The notes: generated by a model from the letters alone, not told the origin. A stretch of 64,000 nucleotides of DNA from Emiliania huxleyi CCMP1516 (GCF_000372725.1 NW_005201192.1:880758-944757), one strand, 5' to 3'; shown: positions 12,101 to 25,209, counted from the first letter of the stretch. Program-made: numbers and translations.

Positions 12101-15030
12101 CGGCAACCTGCGAGAAGGTTGCCGGAAGGATCGGCGAGTGGCTCAGGGACGGCTCCGAGAGGGCTCCCGCGGCTTCGCTCGGCAACCTCGAGCTCGATGC
12201 CGACCGTCACCCACTCGACCGGAGGGAGGCGGAGCTGCTTTGCGACCGCCGGGTCCGCCTTGGTGCGGCGCAGCAAGTGCGCCGAGAGGAGGGTCCGCAT
12301 GCGAAGCAGCGCCGCCTGCGGGGAGGAGGCTCCGAGGAGGCTCCGCTCCAGGCTCCGAGAAGGCCCCAGGGGAGGGACTGCATGCGGGGCATACGCCGCC
12401 TCGTCGGCCCGACGCTCGAACGCATGGTGGACCTATGCCATGAGTACACCGAGGTCGGGGCGGGAACGCGGTCTCGTGCAGCGTTTACAGAGCACCGCGT
12501 GAATACGAGGGGTGCGAACCGACACGGCTGACAACGGCTGAGAACAGCTGAACACGTGTCCTCTCGAGTGCCCGTCGAAACACAGGGATTCCGCTTCTAG
12601 GGGTGGCGGACGAGCGCGTTGAAGGAGGCCGGCTCGGAGAAGGGGCGCGCGTCGAGGAAGGCGAGGAGGCCCTGAAGCTCCGCCAGCCGCGAGTTGACTG
12701 GGGTCCCCGTCACCACCCACGCCTGCCGCCTCCAGAGCGCGGACGCCATCACCGCCGCGGCCGACGCGCTGTTGCTCACCACCTGAAGAGACGCTGTGCC
12801 TCACCCCGAGGACGCTGTGGGACGATCCAACGCGATCTCGGCTGGATCTCGGCTGGATCTCGGCTGGATCTCGGCAGCATAGTCGCCGCCTGGGCCTCGT
12901 CTAGCACGATGCGCCAGAAGCCAAGCGTGCCAAGTGGCGACGCCCCCATCCCGCCGCCGCCGCCCGCACCGCCTCTTGCGCTGCCGCCGCCGATGCCGCC
13001 CCCCCTCCCGCCCCTGCCGACGACCTTGAGCTCGTCCCGCAGCGTCTCGAACGAGCAAAACACGACGTCGCACTCCTCGACGGCGCACGCCTCCCCGGCC
13101 CCACACACGAAGAGGCCCGGCCGCGTCGAAGCGAGCACCTCGACCGCCTCTTCCTCCCCCCCGTCCGCCTCCCCCGCCGGTGCCGCCGCCGCGGAAACAC
13201 CGCCTGGCTGGTAGCGGCTCACGCTGCTGCGGGACCGCTTGGGGCGCCGGACCTGGCTCTCCCCCTCCGCCGCAACGGACTCCTCCTCCTCCTCCTCCTC
13301 TTCCTCTGGCGGAGGAGGCGGCGGAGGCGCGCTGCCGACACCAACGTACGTGGCGGAGCGGAGCGCCCCTTGGACCGTGTGCTTGTGCAGCTCGGCCTCC
13401 CATTGCGGCAGCAGCGCCGCCGGCGCGACGAGCAGCGACGCTTTGACCGGCAGCACCGCCTTGGTGGCGCGCGGCAGCGGGTGCGGCGCCGACCAGCCGG
13501 CAGGCGGAGGCCTTGCGAGGACCAGGCCGAGCACCTGCGAGAGTTGTGCACCGCGTCTCTTCACAGCTATGGGCAAGGAGGACACCGAACGCCCGCACTG
13601 GCCTGCCCTGGCCGACCACATCGCGGCTACATCGCGGCTACCTCCCGGCTGCATCGCGCCGAGCGCCTGCACCGACTTGCCCAGCCCAACATCATCGCAG
13701 AGCATCCCGCCACATGTCGTGGGCGGCGGCGCGGCGAAGAAGCGGGTCGACGCCTCGCCCGTGTGCGCGTGGAGGTAGAAGCTCTGCCTAGGGGGTCGCT
13801 CTCCGGGCCAGGGTCGGGGGAGAGGGGCTAGGGCGAGGGCTAGCGTGGAGGGAGAAGCTCTGCCCCTCTGGCGCGGCGAGCCGCATCCAGGCGGGGTGCA
13901 GCGTCGTCGGACAGTGGCCCGCCGACTCCTGCGCGACCATGTGGCCGAGGTGTAGCCGAGGCGTAGCCGAGGCGTAGCCGAGATGTAGAAGTGTCGCCGA
14001 GATGTGAGTCGAGATGTAGCCGAGATGTGAGTCGAGATGTAGCCGAGATGTGAGTCGAGATGTAGCCGAGATGTGAGTCGAGATGGAGCCGACTCCTGCG
14101 CGACCATCCACGCGACGCCGCGCTGCTGGAAGGGGTACCTACTCTCGGGCAGACGTCGCCGTCCTCTCGGGCAGCCCCACGCGCCGCTGCCGCTGCTGGG
14201 AAGGGTGTGCAGCGTCGTCCGCATCTTGGGCGCGATCGCCGCCAGCGCCGCAACGCCCGCCGCGTCTGTCGGCGGCTCCGCGTTCATCGCTCCTCGCTGC
14301 GAGACCGACTCGAGCAGGGCAGAGACGGAGAAGCGGGCGGAGGAGGCCGCCTCGCCACCGCCTCCCTCGCCTCCTCCGCCCTCGCCACCGCCTCCCTCGC
14401 CTCCGCCTCCCTCGCCGCCGCCTCCCTCGCCGCCGCCTCCCGCGCCGCCGCCCTCCACGCTGTCACGGCTCACGCCGCGGTAGCCGTTGAGCGTCGCTGC
14501 GCACGAGACGCAGCGCAGACCGCCGCCATCCTCCACCGCGGGATCGGACTCCGCCGCCCGCAGGGAGGCCCGGGAGGGGTCAGAGCCGCGCTTCCCCTCC
14601 CTGCTGACTCCCGCCACTGCAGGCTCCGCCGCCGACAGCAGCCGCCCGACCAGTGCCAGCAGCTCGCGGCGACCGCCGCGCTGGCTCAGAGGCCGCTCGC
14701 CCCGCTCCGCCTGGCCGAGAGGTAGCCGGGGGAGATAGCCGGGAGATAGCCGGGAGACAGCCGGGAGATGGCTAGGGGTAGCTGAGGGATAGCCGAGAGG
14801 TGGCCACGAGGTCGTCGGGAGATCGTCGGGAGATCGCCGGGAGATCGCCGGGAGATGTGCCTGCGCGAATGCCTCGGCCGGCGAGCCTCCGGAGAAGTCC
14901 GCGCGCACCGCGCCTGGTAATGAAAGAGAGCAGACATCGCATGAGAGCCGCGCCCTGGAGGTGTCGCTGCCACGTGCGTTCTTTCGTGAGGGGAGGGAGA
15001 GGGAGAGGTTGAGAGAGTCTCTCAGAGAGT

Positions 15031-15122
<92 letters not shown>

Positions 15123-15846
15123 AGAGAGCGGCGCCCGCGTCCAACCGCGCGTCGAGGTCGAAGGCCGCCGCCTCGAGGTAGACGCACAGGGACGCACGGA
15201 GCGGAGCCGCCTCTCGCCGCAGCTGCGCCCCGTCGCCTCTCTCCGCGGCCGCTTGGCTGCCATCCGCTCCTCCTCCATCAGCGACGAGCTGCACCTCACA
15301 CGACGCGAGCCGCAGCGTGCGACACGACGGCCCGCAGCAGCGCGCGAGCGGGCGCAGCTCCGATCCAAAACTCCGCGGCAGTGGCGCCTCGGACGCAGAA
15401 CCCGTATCCTCTGGTGGTGGCTTCGCGGCCCTGTTGCACCTGCAGTCGGGGCTGTGGCTGTCGCACGGCCCGAGCTCGTCTTCGATGCCGTCCACGCCGC
15501 CCCACCACTTGTGCTCTGGCCAGCGCGTGAGGTGCTCTCGGTAGGTTGTCACGACCCTCAGCAGTGTGAGGTCGGTGGCTGAGAGAAGCCCACCACCGCT
15601 GGCGCTCGGCATCGAAGGCTGCCGGATCTCGGCGGCCGCCAGCGCTAGCCACTCCGCCTCGTTGGCCGACTCGTTCGCCTCGAGCGTCTCCACCCGGTGA
15701 CAGACGATGCTCCCGCTCGCAACAAAGCTGGCGACCAGGCCGGCAGAATCCGCCACCGCGGCCGCGGCCTCGTCGCGGTTGAGGACGTGCAGCCAGCCTC
15801 GAGGCACGCCGAGAGAGCCGAGTGGCAGCGGGAACTCGACCTTCAT
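9139..15846 (-). CDS. SNF2-family helicase with RING finger (Rad5/Rad16/SHPRH-like E3 ligase-translocase), multi-exon
   Basis: Motifs in order on the minus strand: YPFQQRGVAWM, GGMLCDDVGLGKSVQ (I), LLVAPAALLPQW (Ia), WRIVLDEAQ (II), WVVTGTPVNSR (III), LLRRTK, RING (..TPCGHAGCYECI..CPVCK), VVVFSAW (IV), GAAGLNL (V), EAQAVGRICRLGQ (VI). Likely ATG at 15846; stop at 9139. Confidence 0.88.
15031..15128. repeat. (GA)n microsatellite in an intron of the SNF2 gene
   Basis: About 90 bp of GA dinucleotide seen directly. Confidence 0.95.
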
Positions 15847-15990
15847 GGCCCGCCAAATAAATAAATAAATAAAACGCAAACAAGGGGTGGGAGAAGGACA
15901 GGCCCCGCCAGTCGGCCGCAGCGTCATCCGAATTCTTTAGTGCCTGCCGCCAGCGAACGGGCCCGCATTCCGGGTTTCCTGGCCTCGACC
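15847..15990. promoter_or_regulatory. Putative bidirectional promoter between the SNF2-RING gene and MRE11
   Basis: Only 144 bp separate the divergent ATGs; contains an (AAAT)n tract at ~15855-15874 in otherwise very GC-rich DNA. Confidence 0.55.
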
Positions 15991-17168
15991 ATGGCCGAAG
16001 ATGGCGACGGCGATGTCCTTCGCATCCTAATCGCCTCCGACATGCACCTTGGCTACGCTGAAAAGGCCCGCAGGGCCACGCCGCATGCGCCGGCTGCACC
16101 CAAGCCTCTCGACTCGCGCGCCTGCGGCGCAGCCTACCGTCCCACGCCACATGCCTCTCCCGCAGCCCTCCCTCCCCGCCGCATCGTCACCACTCGCCCA
16201 GCAGCCACAATCGCAACCGGCGCCCTCAGGACCCGATCCGCGGCGAGGACTCGTTCAACACGTTCGAGGAGATCTTCATCAAGGCGAACGAGCAGCAGGC
16301 TGACATGGTCCTCCTCGCGGGAGACCTCTTCCATGACAACAAGCCCTCTCGCCGCGCCCTCCAGCGGTGCATGGAGGCGCCCGTGGCTCTCGCTCCCACC
16401 TTGAGACCTCGCACCCTCGACGCCGGTTCACACGCTCTCGCCGGTCCACAGGCCCTCGCCCCGTCTCCGCGCCCTCCTCCCTCGCCCCGTCTCCGCGCCC
16501 TCCTCCCTCGCCCCGTCTCCGCGCCCTCCTCCAGCGTCCACACCCCTCCTCCACCCTTCCCTCTCCTCCTCCCCCCCCGCTCCCCCCCCACCCCACCAGG
16601 TCCTGCGTGACCACTGCCTCGGCCAGCGCGAAGTGCACATCGAGGCGACCGACGGCCCCACGCTCTGCCACTCTCCCCCCACCCCAGCCGCCCCCGCCCG
16701 CCCACCCCCCGCCCGCCCTCCCGCCCGCCTGCCCAGCTGCTTGTCCTCACCGACGCCGCCCAGCATCATCGCCACCCCCACTCTTTCTCCGCCCCGCCGC
16801 TGCCCCGCCCGCCGCTGCCACGCCCGCCTCCCGCCCTCGCCTCCGCCGCCCTCACACCACCGCCCTCACACAACCACCGTCCTCACCGCCCGCACCGGCG
16901 CAACCTTCCTCGCCGTCGCCCTCGCACTGCCGCCGCCGCAGGTCGTCTCGGACCAGACGGCAAACTTCCACGACACTTCCTAGACACTTCCACGACACTG
17001 CCTATGTCTCTGGCCGCAGGTCGTCTCGGACCAGACGGCAAACTTCCACGACAAGTACAAGAGCGTCAACTACGAGGACTCAAACTACAACGTGCAGGTG
17101 CCGCTAGCAGTGGTGGTAGTCCTCACACAACACTCATCCGTTCCCTGCTACCTTCCCCCCCCTCTGCC

Positions 17169-17219
<51 letters not shown>

Positions 17220-20200
17220 CTCCCCCCCCCACCCCCCCCCGCCCCCCGCAGCTGCCAGTCTTCTCCATCCACGGCAACCACGACGACCCCGCCGGCGACG
17301 GTGGGCTCGCCGCCCTCGACCTGATGTCGACGGCGCGCCTCGCCTGCTCCTCTGTCCAGCCAGACACTTCCTAGACACTTCCTAGACACTTCCTAGACAC
17401 TTCCTAGACCGCTCCTCCGGCCAGCCGCGAGGAGGCCGCGAGGAGGCCGAGGTGTGGTCGAGAGTAGGCTAACCTTGTCAACTACTTTGGCCGAGACACG
17501 GCCTAGACACTTCCTAGACACTTCCTAGGCTAACCTCGTCAACTACTTTGGCCGCGCCAACGACATCGCTTCGGTGCGGCTGTACCCGATCCTGATCCAA
17601 AAGGGAATCACAAAGCTGGCGCTCTACGGACTGGGCCACCTCCGCGACGAGCTGCACGGGAACCTCCTAGAGCCTTCTCGGAACTGTCTGGGAACCTTCT
17701 AGGCCACATCCGCGACGAGCGGCTCCACCGCGCCCTCGAGCGGAAGGAGGTGAGCGTCGCTCGGCCGTCCAAGGACACCGACCAGTGGTTCAACCTCCTC
17801 GCGCTGCACCAGAACCGGCACCCCTCCCCCTCCCTCCCCTCCCCCTCCCCCCCCCCCCCCACTCCCCCTCCCCCTCCCCCACTGCCCCCTTGCCCCTCTC
17901 CCCCACAGCCCCCCACTTCGCGACCCGCTGCTGAACAGGCACGAGCGCGGCGCGGGCGACGGCAAGAAGGGGTACATCAAGGAGTCGCAGCTGCCGAGCT
18001 GCATGGACATCGTCGTCTGGGGGCACGAGCACAAGTGCGAGATCGGCTCGGGCGCCGGCACCGAGGCGGTCGGCAACAACTTCGTCGTGCTGCAGCCGGG
18101 CTCGACCGTCGCGACGTCGCTGGTCGAGGGCGAGTCCGAGGACAAGCACGTCGGGCTGCTCGAGGTGATTCGCCGAGATTCGCCGAGATTCGCCGAGATC
18201 AGCCGAGGACAAGCACGTCGGGCTGCTCGAGGAGGCTCACCTCGGCCCGTCTGCTGTAGGTGCGGGGCGACCAGTGGAAGTTCACCGCTCTGCCGCTCGA
18301 GACGGTGCGACCCTTCATCCTCAAGGACGTGGTGCTGCAGGACAGCTCTGCCCACATCTCCCCACACCTCCCCACATCTCCCCACACCTCCCCACATCTC
18401 CCCACATCTCCCCACATCTCCCCACATCTCCCCACATCTCCCCTTCACCCTCAAGCACGGGGTGCTGCAGGACTACGAGCAGGAGTACGACTTCAACGAC
18501 GAGCCCACCCTGATGGCCTTTCTGGAGGAGAAGGCGAGTCCTCTCCCCCCCCTCGACCCCGACCCCCCCCCCCGACTCCCCACACCTCCCCTCTTGGCCC
18601 TTCCCCGAACCTTCCCCGAACCTTCCCCGAACCTTCCCCGAACCTTCCCCGAACCTTCCCCGAACCTTCCCCGAACCTTCCCCGAACCTTCCGCGCAGGT
18701 GGAGGCCGCGATCTTGGAGCTGCGCGAGCGGCACACCACCACCGCTCTCACCAAGGCGGCCGAGAACCGCGCTAAGTTCCCCCTGGTGCGCTTGCGCGTC
18801 GACTACTCGGGCTACGCGACTTGCAACCCGCAGCGCTTCGGCCAGCGCTTCGTCGACAAGGTGGCGAACCCCTCCGACATCCTGCTCTTCACCCGAAAGG
18901 CGAGATCTCCCGAGATCTCCCGAGCTCACCCGAGCTCACCCGAGCTCACCAGAGCTCACCAGAGATCGCTCTCTGCTCTCCACGTCAAAGGCGCGCAAGA
19001 AGGCCGAGGCGGCAGCCGCAGCCGAGGCGCGCGACGAGGGGACGTACGACGGGGGCGAGCCCGACGACGCGCGCACGCAGATCCAGTCGTTTGTGGGCGC
19101 GCCTCCCCGCGTATCTCGGCGAATCTCGGCGAATCTCGGCGAATCTCGGCGAATCTCGGCTCGTGTGGACCGGACGGCGGCCAGCAGACGGGCTGCGAGG
19201 CTGCGAGGCTGCGAGGAGCGGCGGCGGTTGCACGGCCACGCGGCACGACACGCTCCCCCGCCCCTCTCCCTCCTCTCCCGGACAGGCGAGTTTCTGCAAA
19301 AGGGGTCCAAGGAGCAGCTGCGGCTCCTCGCCGAGCACGAGCTAAACACGGCCGTCTTCGAGGGGTACGTCGAGAAGGAAAACAAGTCCGCCATCTCGGC
19401 GGCGGTCGACGAGAAGTTGCGCCAGGCGAGCGAGAGGAGCCGAGAGGACCCGAGATCGGGCGAGATCGGGCGAGATCGGGCGAGATCGGGCGAGGTTGGG
19501 CGAGATCGGGCGAGGTTGGGCGAGATCGGGCGAGATCGGGCGAGATCGGGCGAGGTTGGGCGAGATCGGGCGAGGTTGGGCGAGATCGGGCGAGATCGGG
19601 CGAGATCGGGCGAGATCGGGCGAGATCGGGCCCGAGGTTGGCCGACAGGTGCGTGAGCTGCTCAACGGTGAGCGCGCAAAGGGCTTCGACGAGGGACCCG
19701 ATCGCAAGGTCCGAGAGTAGCCGAGAGGAGTCGCCAAGATTGGCCGAGATTGGCCGAGATTGTCGCCGACCGCACGGCGTTTTCCCGCGTCTTGCCTCAC
19801 GCCGCGCCGCTGCCGCCCCCGCACACCCACGCACCGCACACCCGCGCACCGCATACCCGCGCACCGCACACCCAAGGTTGGCACGCCCGCGCGAGAGGTG
19901 GACGCTGGCCCGCTCGCCCACGCCCCCCCCTTCAGGCCAAGGAGACCTTCATCGAAGACATGCTCGCCAAGCAGCCGCACCGCACCGCCCCTGCCGCGGG
20001 CGCCGCCTCCTCGTCCGCCGCGGGCGGCGGCGCGTCCGCGCCGCCGGCCTCTTCTGCTCTCAGCGACGCGCCGGACGACAGCGACGACGACGCGCCCGCT
20101 CCTCCTCTGCCGCCGCCGCCCCCCTCTCCATCTTAAGATAAACGTAGATACTGGCGGTATTTTATTCAACTTAACGTTTCACTGATTNNNNNNNNNNNNN

Positions 20201-21998
20201 NNNNNNNNNNNNNNNNNNNNNNNNNNNNNNNNNNNNNNNNNNNNNNNNNNNNNNNNNNNNNNNNNNNNNNNNNNNNNNNNNNNNNNNCTCGGGAGGGGCG
20301 CTGGTCACTCCTTGGCGGCGCCTGCGGCCGGAGGGACGTGGGCTTCGGCGTGGCGAGCAGCGCGGGCGAGAGAGGGACGGCGCGCGGCTCCCAAACGAGC
20401 CGCACGGGCTTCGTCTGGGCCGCCGAGGCCAGCTCCTTGGTCGCGGCGGCGGGCGTGATGGCGAGGTGGGCCGAGGCAAGCGTTGAACGTGCCGCCTTGC
20501 GCCCCTGAGGAGGGACGTGCGTGCGTGGGGTGCCACGGGCGGGGGGGGAGCGGTGAGAGGAGAGCGGTGGGCACCCCCACGAGGGCTGCGCGGACGCCGC
20601 CTGCCCCCCCGACCCCGCCACTGACGGTGTGGGGGCGGCACGGTCGAGGGCACTGGCCGAGCGGGCCGTCCGAGTCGCCAGAGCGGTGCTCTGCCGGCCG
20701 GCGGACGCGCCCGAGAGTGGCCCGATAGGGCTCAAATTACGGAGCCGCTCCCCGGCCGTCCCGGGCGCCTGTCACGCGGGCCGATGGCCCAGCCGTCCTG
20801 TGAGTGGCTGGAGCAAAGGGGGGAGAGCTCAGGAGGGCGACGGGGCAGGGAAGGTGGCGGTGATGCGGTGCGGCGGGGTCTACTCGGCGGCGTGTAGAGA
20901 GGAGGTGCTAAAAGGCGACTATAAAGAGGCGTCTACGGGTCGTATGGTGCGCCACGACGGCGGGAGAGCTCTCTCCCGCCGCCCCGCGGGCCGCCCCGAG
21001 GGGCCTCGCAGCCCATGCCCTCAGGCGCCGCTGTCGCGGGCAGAAGGGCCGCCGTGAAGGTGTCTCGGCCGCCATCTAGAGGGAGCCGACCGGTCGGGTA
21101 GGGGAGGCAAGCGCGAGCGGGTGGAGGGCAGCCTCGACCCACCTACGGCGTTGTCGTGTTGGAGGGTGTGTGGGCGACCTTCCATTGAGTCAGAAGCGTC
21201 GCCGCGCGCCGCCATCGCCCGCCGTGTGCTTCTTTGCCGGTGAGCGCGCGACGCAGGCACCTATCGTCAGAGGGGGGGAGGGTGAAACGCGAGCGTTTCG
21301 TCGACCTAGGAGCCGCGGCAAGCGGCATGTAGCCCACTGATAGCCCCGACCCAGGCCTCGTAGCTTCAGATCCCGAGCGCCGGGTCGAGATAGCCGTCAT
21401 GATTTCCCTATGCGCGANNNNNNNNNNNNNNNNNNNNNNNNNNNNNNNNNNNNNNNNNNNNNNNNNNNNNNNNNNNNNNNNNNNNNNNNNNNNNNNNNNN
21501 NNNNNNNNNNNNNNNNNCCGCCGGGGGAGGAAGAGGCCGCGGCCCCGGCAAGGCGGCCGCAGCCCCGGCCAAGGTTCCGGCGGGCCGCGGCCGCGGTCGC
21601 GCCCGTGGCCGCGCCGCCTCCTCCGGCCGCGCCGGCGGCAGGCAGGCTACGCTCAACATGTCGGGCGGCGGCGGCGCCGACTCGGACGACGACGACGACA
21701 CGCTCTTCGATGAGCCAGCCAAGCCCGCGGGGCCGGCGGCGGGCAAGAAGCGGGCTGCGCCGAAGCGCAAGGCAGCGGCCGCCCCTCCGCGCTACGCCGG
21801 CGCCGACGACGACGACGTGAGCGAGGCGCGGAGTCCCCGCCGCACTCCCCCGCTCCCTCTCCCACCAGCCAGCCCGCCCCCCCCCCCCCCCCCCGCCCCA
21901 CCTCACCCCACGCTCCGCCCCACTCGCAGGATGACGACGACGCGTCGGTCGCGGCGAGCAGCAAGCGCTCCTTTGCGAGCAAGCGCCGAATGAAGTAA
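15991..21998 (+). CDS. MRE11: Double-strand break repair nuclease MRE11, multi-exon, interrupted by two assembly gaps
   Basis: [125 protein letters not shown]. An RG-rich GAR-like segment and acidic/basic tail follow the gap (21518-21998, ending ..SKRRMK-stop). Confidence 0.95.
17170..17218. repeat. (CA)n microsatellite in an MRE11 intron
   Basis: Seen directly. Confidence 0.95.
20288..21398 (+). repeat. 1.1-kb near-identical copy of 23634-24745, on a small contig between two gaps inside MRE11
   Basis: Sequence matches 23634-24745 apart from one G in a homopolymer that I could see; identical shadow ORFs at 20629/23976 and 21021/24368. Confidence 0.92.
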
Positions 21999-22402
21999 GG
22001 TCTGCCGCGACTGCGCTCAACGGCCGGGAGCTGTGACCACCCTTCCTTTCCCGCCGACGCGTGAGGACGGGTCTGGACGTGGGATGCCACAACATGTACA
22101 TGTGGCTCCAATACCTGTACGTACACGGCCATCGCATCGGCCGTTTTGGTCGCGTGTCGCCCGGAGCCTCTGCTGTACTCCGCTCCCGCGTGACAGTTCA
22201 CTGTCCGCGCCCTTGTTTTTTTCTGACATCCCGACTGTGTACCGACCGACTCCTACAGTATGTACTCGGGTCTCAAGATACTGTTGTTGCACAGGAGTGA
22301 GTGTGTGACTTAGAAGCTAAGACCTAAGTAACTTACTTTATCTATTATCTTTTTGTTTATAATTGTTCATCTGGAAGTAAAAGGTAAACTGAAAACTCGA
22401 AG

Positions 22403-25209
22403 CAGGTCATGCAAAACGGGCCCTGAGTGTCACCGAAACGCGTACACCGGCACATTGTCGGCCGATGCGCGGCTCGCCGCCCACCCCACGCGGTCCCTAG
22501 GTGTTATATAGCATAAACACCGTCCGTGCAGGGCTCCTAGGCCATCACTGGGTCCACAGTGGACGGACACACAGCCTCAGCCGGCCCGGCGGGCTCCCGA
22601 CCAGAGCCCGTCCGGAGGCCACAAACGGACACTCTACCGACCTTTACACCCCTATACAATCCACTCCGACTAGCATACGGTGTCGTCCCGACCGCCCTGC
22701 GGCCCCAGCTACCAGCTGGCGCCGCTCGGCCCGGCTGGAGGCGCCTGGGACGCCCAAAATCGCGGAGCCGGCGACGTCCTCCGGCCAGCAGCCGGATCGG
22801 GCGTCCGACCCGCCCCCTCGGCGACCCGAGATGGTCTCCCCGACCCCCGAGGCTTGGCGCACCGCGGGAGGGGGGCAGCCCAGCCACCCTGCACCGCCCA
22901 GGCCACCCTCTGCGAGCCCAGGCGCGCCGTAGAGAGTGCCGACGCGATGTCGACGATTTTGGCCTGCGAGACGGGGGCGAGGAGCGGTGTGAGGGCGCCA
23001 TGTGCCCGGGCGACGGGCTAAGGGGCCGCTACACGGGCCGCAGAGCTCACCAGCGCCGGCACGGTGGCGCTGGTAGCGATGGTGCTGCTTGTGGCCGCCT
23101 TTGTCAGTACCTGACCGAGGGCTGACTCGCGACGGCAACGGGGCGGCGAGCCGGGTGGCGGGGTGCGGGGAGGAAGGAGGGGACGCGCCACGAGAGGGAG
23201 GGAGGGGCGCTCTCACGTCTGGCTGGCCCGCCCCGGCCCCCACGGGGTCGGGATGGTCGATGATGCTGCTCTAGGCGGTCGTCCCGGGTCGCCAGACCGG
23301 TCCTGCGGCGGAGTAGGAGTGTGAGGGGCAGGGGCACGGCCGTGCGGCGGAGGGGACTCGCATCGCGCAGCTCGCAGCAGCCCGAGAGGGCCCGAGCCCG
23401 GCCAGAGAGTTGCCCACCACTCGGGCCAAAGAGACAGCCTCGCTGGAGCTGCGCCCCGCGGCCATTTTGTACGCCCGATGCACGCCTGACCCGGGAGGGG
23501 GGGGGGTGGTCAGAGAGACGCGGCGGGCCGGGGAGAGCGGGGACGCGCGCGCCTTCGAATACTCACTCGTGGCGCCGGCCGGCTCGCAGGGGCCGCCAGC
23601 GCCGCTACGGAGGCGCTGCCCGCCGGGAAGGTGCTCGGGAGGGGCGCTGGTCACTCCTTGGCGGCGCCTGCGGCCGGAGGGACGTGGGCTTCGGCGTGGC
23701 GAGCAGCGCGGGCGAGAGAGGGACGGCGCGCGGCTCCCAAACGAGCCGCACGGGCTTCGTCTGGGCCGCCGAGGCCAGCTCCTTGGTCGCGGCGGCGGGC
23801 GTGATGGCGAGGTGGGCCGAGGCAAGCGTTGAACGTGCCGCCTTGCGCCCCTGAGGAGGGACGTGCGTGCGTGGGGTGCCACGGGCGGGGGGGGGAGCGG
23901 TGAGAGGAGAGCGGTGGGCACCCCCACGAGGGCTGCGCGGACGCCGCCTGCCCCCCCGACCCCGCCACTGACGGTGTGGGGGCGGCACGGTCGAGGGCAC
24001 TGGCCGAGCGGGCCGTCCGAGTCGCCAGAGCGGTGCTCTGCCGGCCGGCGGACGCGCCCGAGAGTGGCCCGATAGGGCTCAAATTACGGAGCCGCTCCCC
24101 GGCCGTCCCGGGCGCCTGTCACGCGGGCCGATGGCCCAGCCGTCCTGTGAGTGGCTGGAGCAAAGGGGGGAGAGCTCAGGAGGGCGACGGGGCAGGGAAG
24201 GTGGCGGTGATGCGGTGCGGCGGGGTCTACTCGGCGGCGTGTAGAGAGGAGGTGCTAAAAGGCGACTATAAAGAGGCGTCTACGGGTCGTATGGTGCGCC
24301 ACGACGGCGGGAGAGCTCTCTCCCGCCGCCCCGCGGGCCGCCCCGAGGGGCCTCGCAGCCCATGCCCTCAGGCGCCGCTGTCGCGGGCAGAAGGGCCGCC
24401 GTGAAGGTGTCTCGGCCGCCATCTAGAGGGAGCCGACCGGTCGGGTAGGGGAGGCAAGCGCGAGCGGGTGGAGGGCAGCCTCGACCCACCTACGGCGTTG
24501 TCGTGTTGGAGGGTGTGTGGGCGACCTTCCATTGAGTCAGAAGCGTCGCCGCGCGCCGCCATCGCCCGCCGTGTGCTTCTTTGCCGGTGAGCGCGCGACG
24601 CAGGCACCTATCGTCAGAGGGGGGGAGGGTGAAACGCGAGCGTTTCGTCGACCTAGGAGCCGCGGCAAGCGGCATGTAGCCCACTGATAGCCCCGACCCA
24701 GGCCTCGTAGCTTCAGATCCCGAGCGCCGGGTCGAGATAGCCGTCGCGAGACCTAAACTCGAAAATAAAATGGTGAGTTCGCCGACTCGAGTACGGTGCC
24801 TAGTTTCAAACCATGCTGCGGGGTCGCAAAAGCGCGTATGCATTTTTGCACTTTCCGCATCCATAGCGGCCCGGCCACCGCTGACCGGTGGTCGACGGCT
24901 GTCGCGGAGCCCGACAGCCGCGACAGCGGCGGCCGGGCCAAGGAGGCGGCCGAGAGGGTGCTGCTCGTCGAGCCAGCGGCTGCCGCTGGCGACGAGGGGG
25001 GTCCGGACCCGCGTTTGGGGGCGGGTGGTGCACCGGCTCGATGCCGGGCGAGCGCAGCGCCCTCCAGTCGGAGCGGCTCGGGCGAGCTAGGCGGTGGCGC
25101 TATGGGCGTTTAGAGGGGCGCCCATCGCTTCTCGCAGCTCTGCAACGCTGACTTTGGGGTTTCGACGATACGCTCGCGAATATTTCTCAGATTTATTTTG
25201 CATGACCTG
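22403..25209. mobile_element. Putative non-autonomous TIR DNA element (~2.8 kb)
   Basis: Perfect 14-bp inverted repeat CAGGTCATGCAAAA (22403-22416) / TTTTGCATGACCTG (25196-25209). Interior has no recognisable ORF and is partly duplicated at 20288-21398. No clear TSD. Confidence 0.45.

Noticed and set aside
20288..21417. MRE11 disruption by an insertion
   Set aside because: The segment is isolated by N-gaps on both sides; placement may be a scaffolding artefact and MRE11 coding sequence resumes normally.
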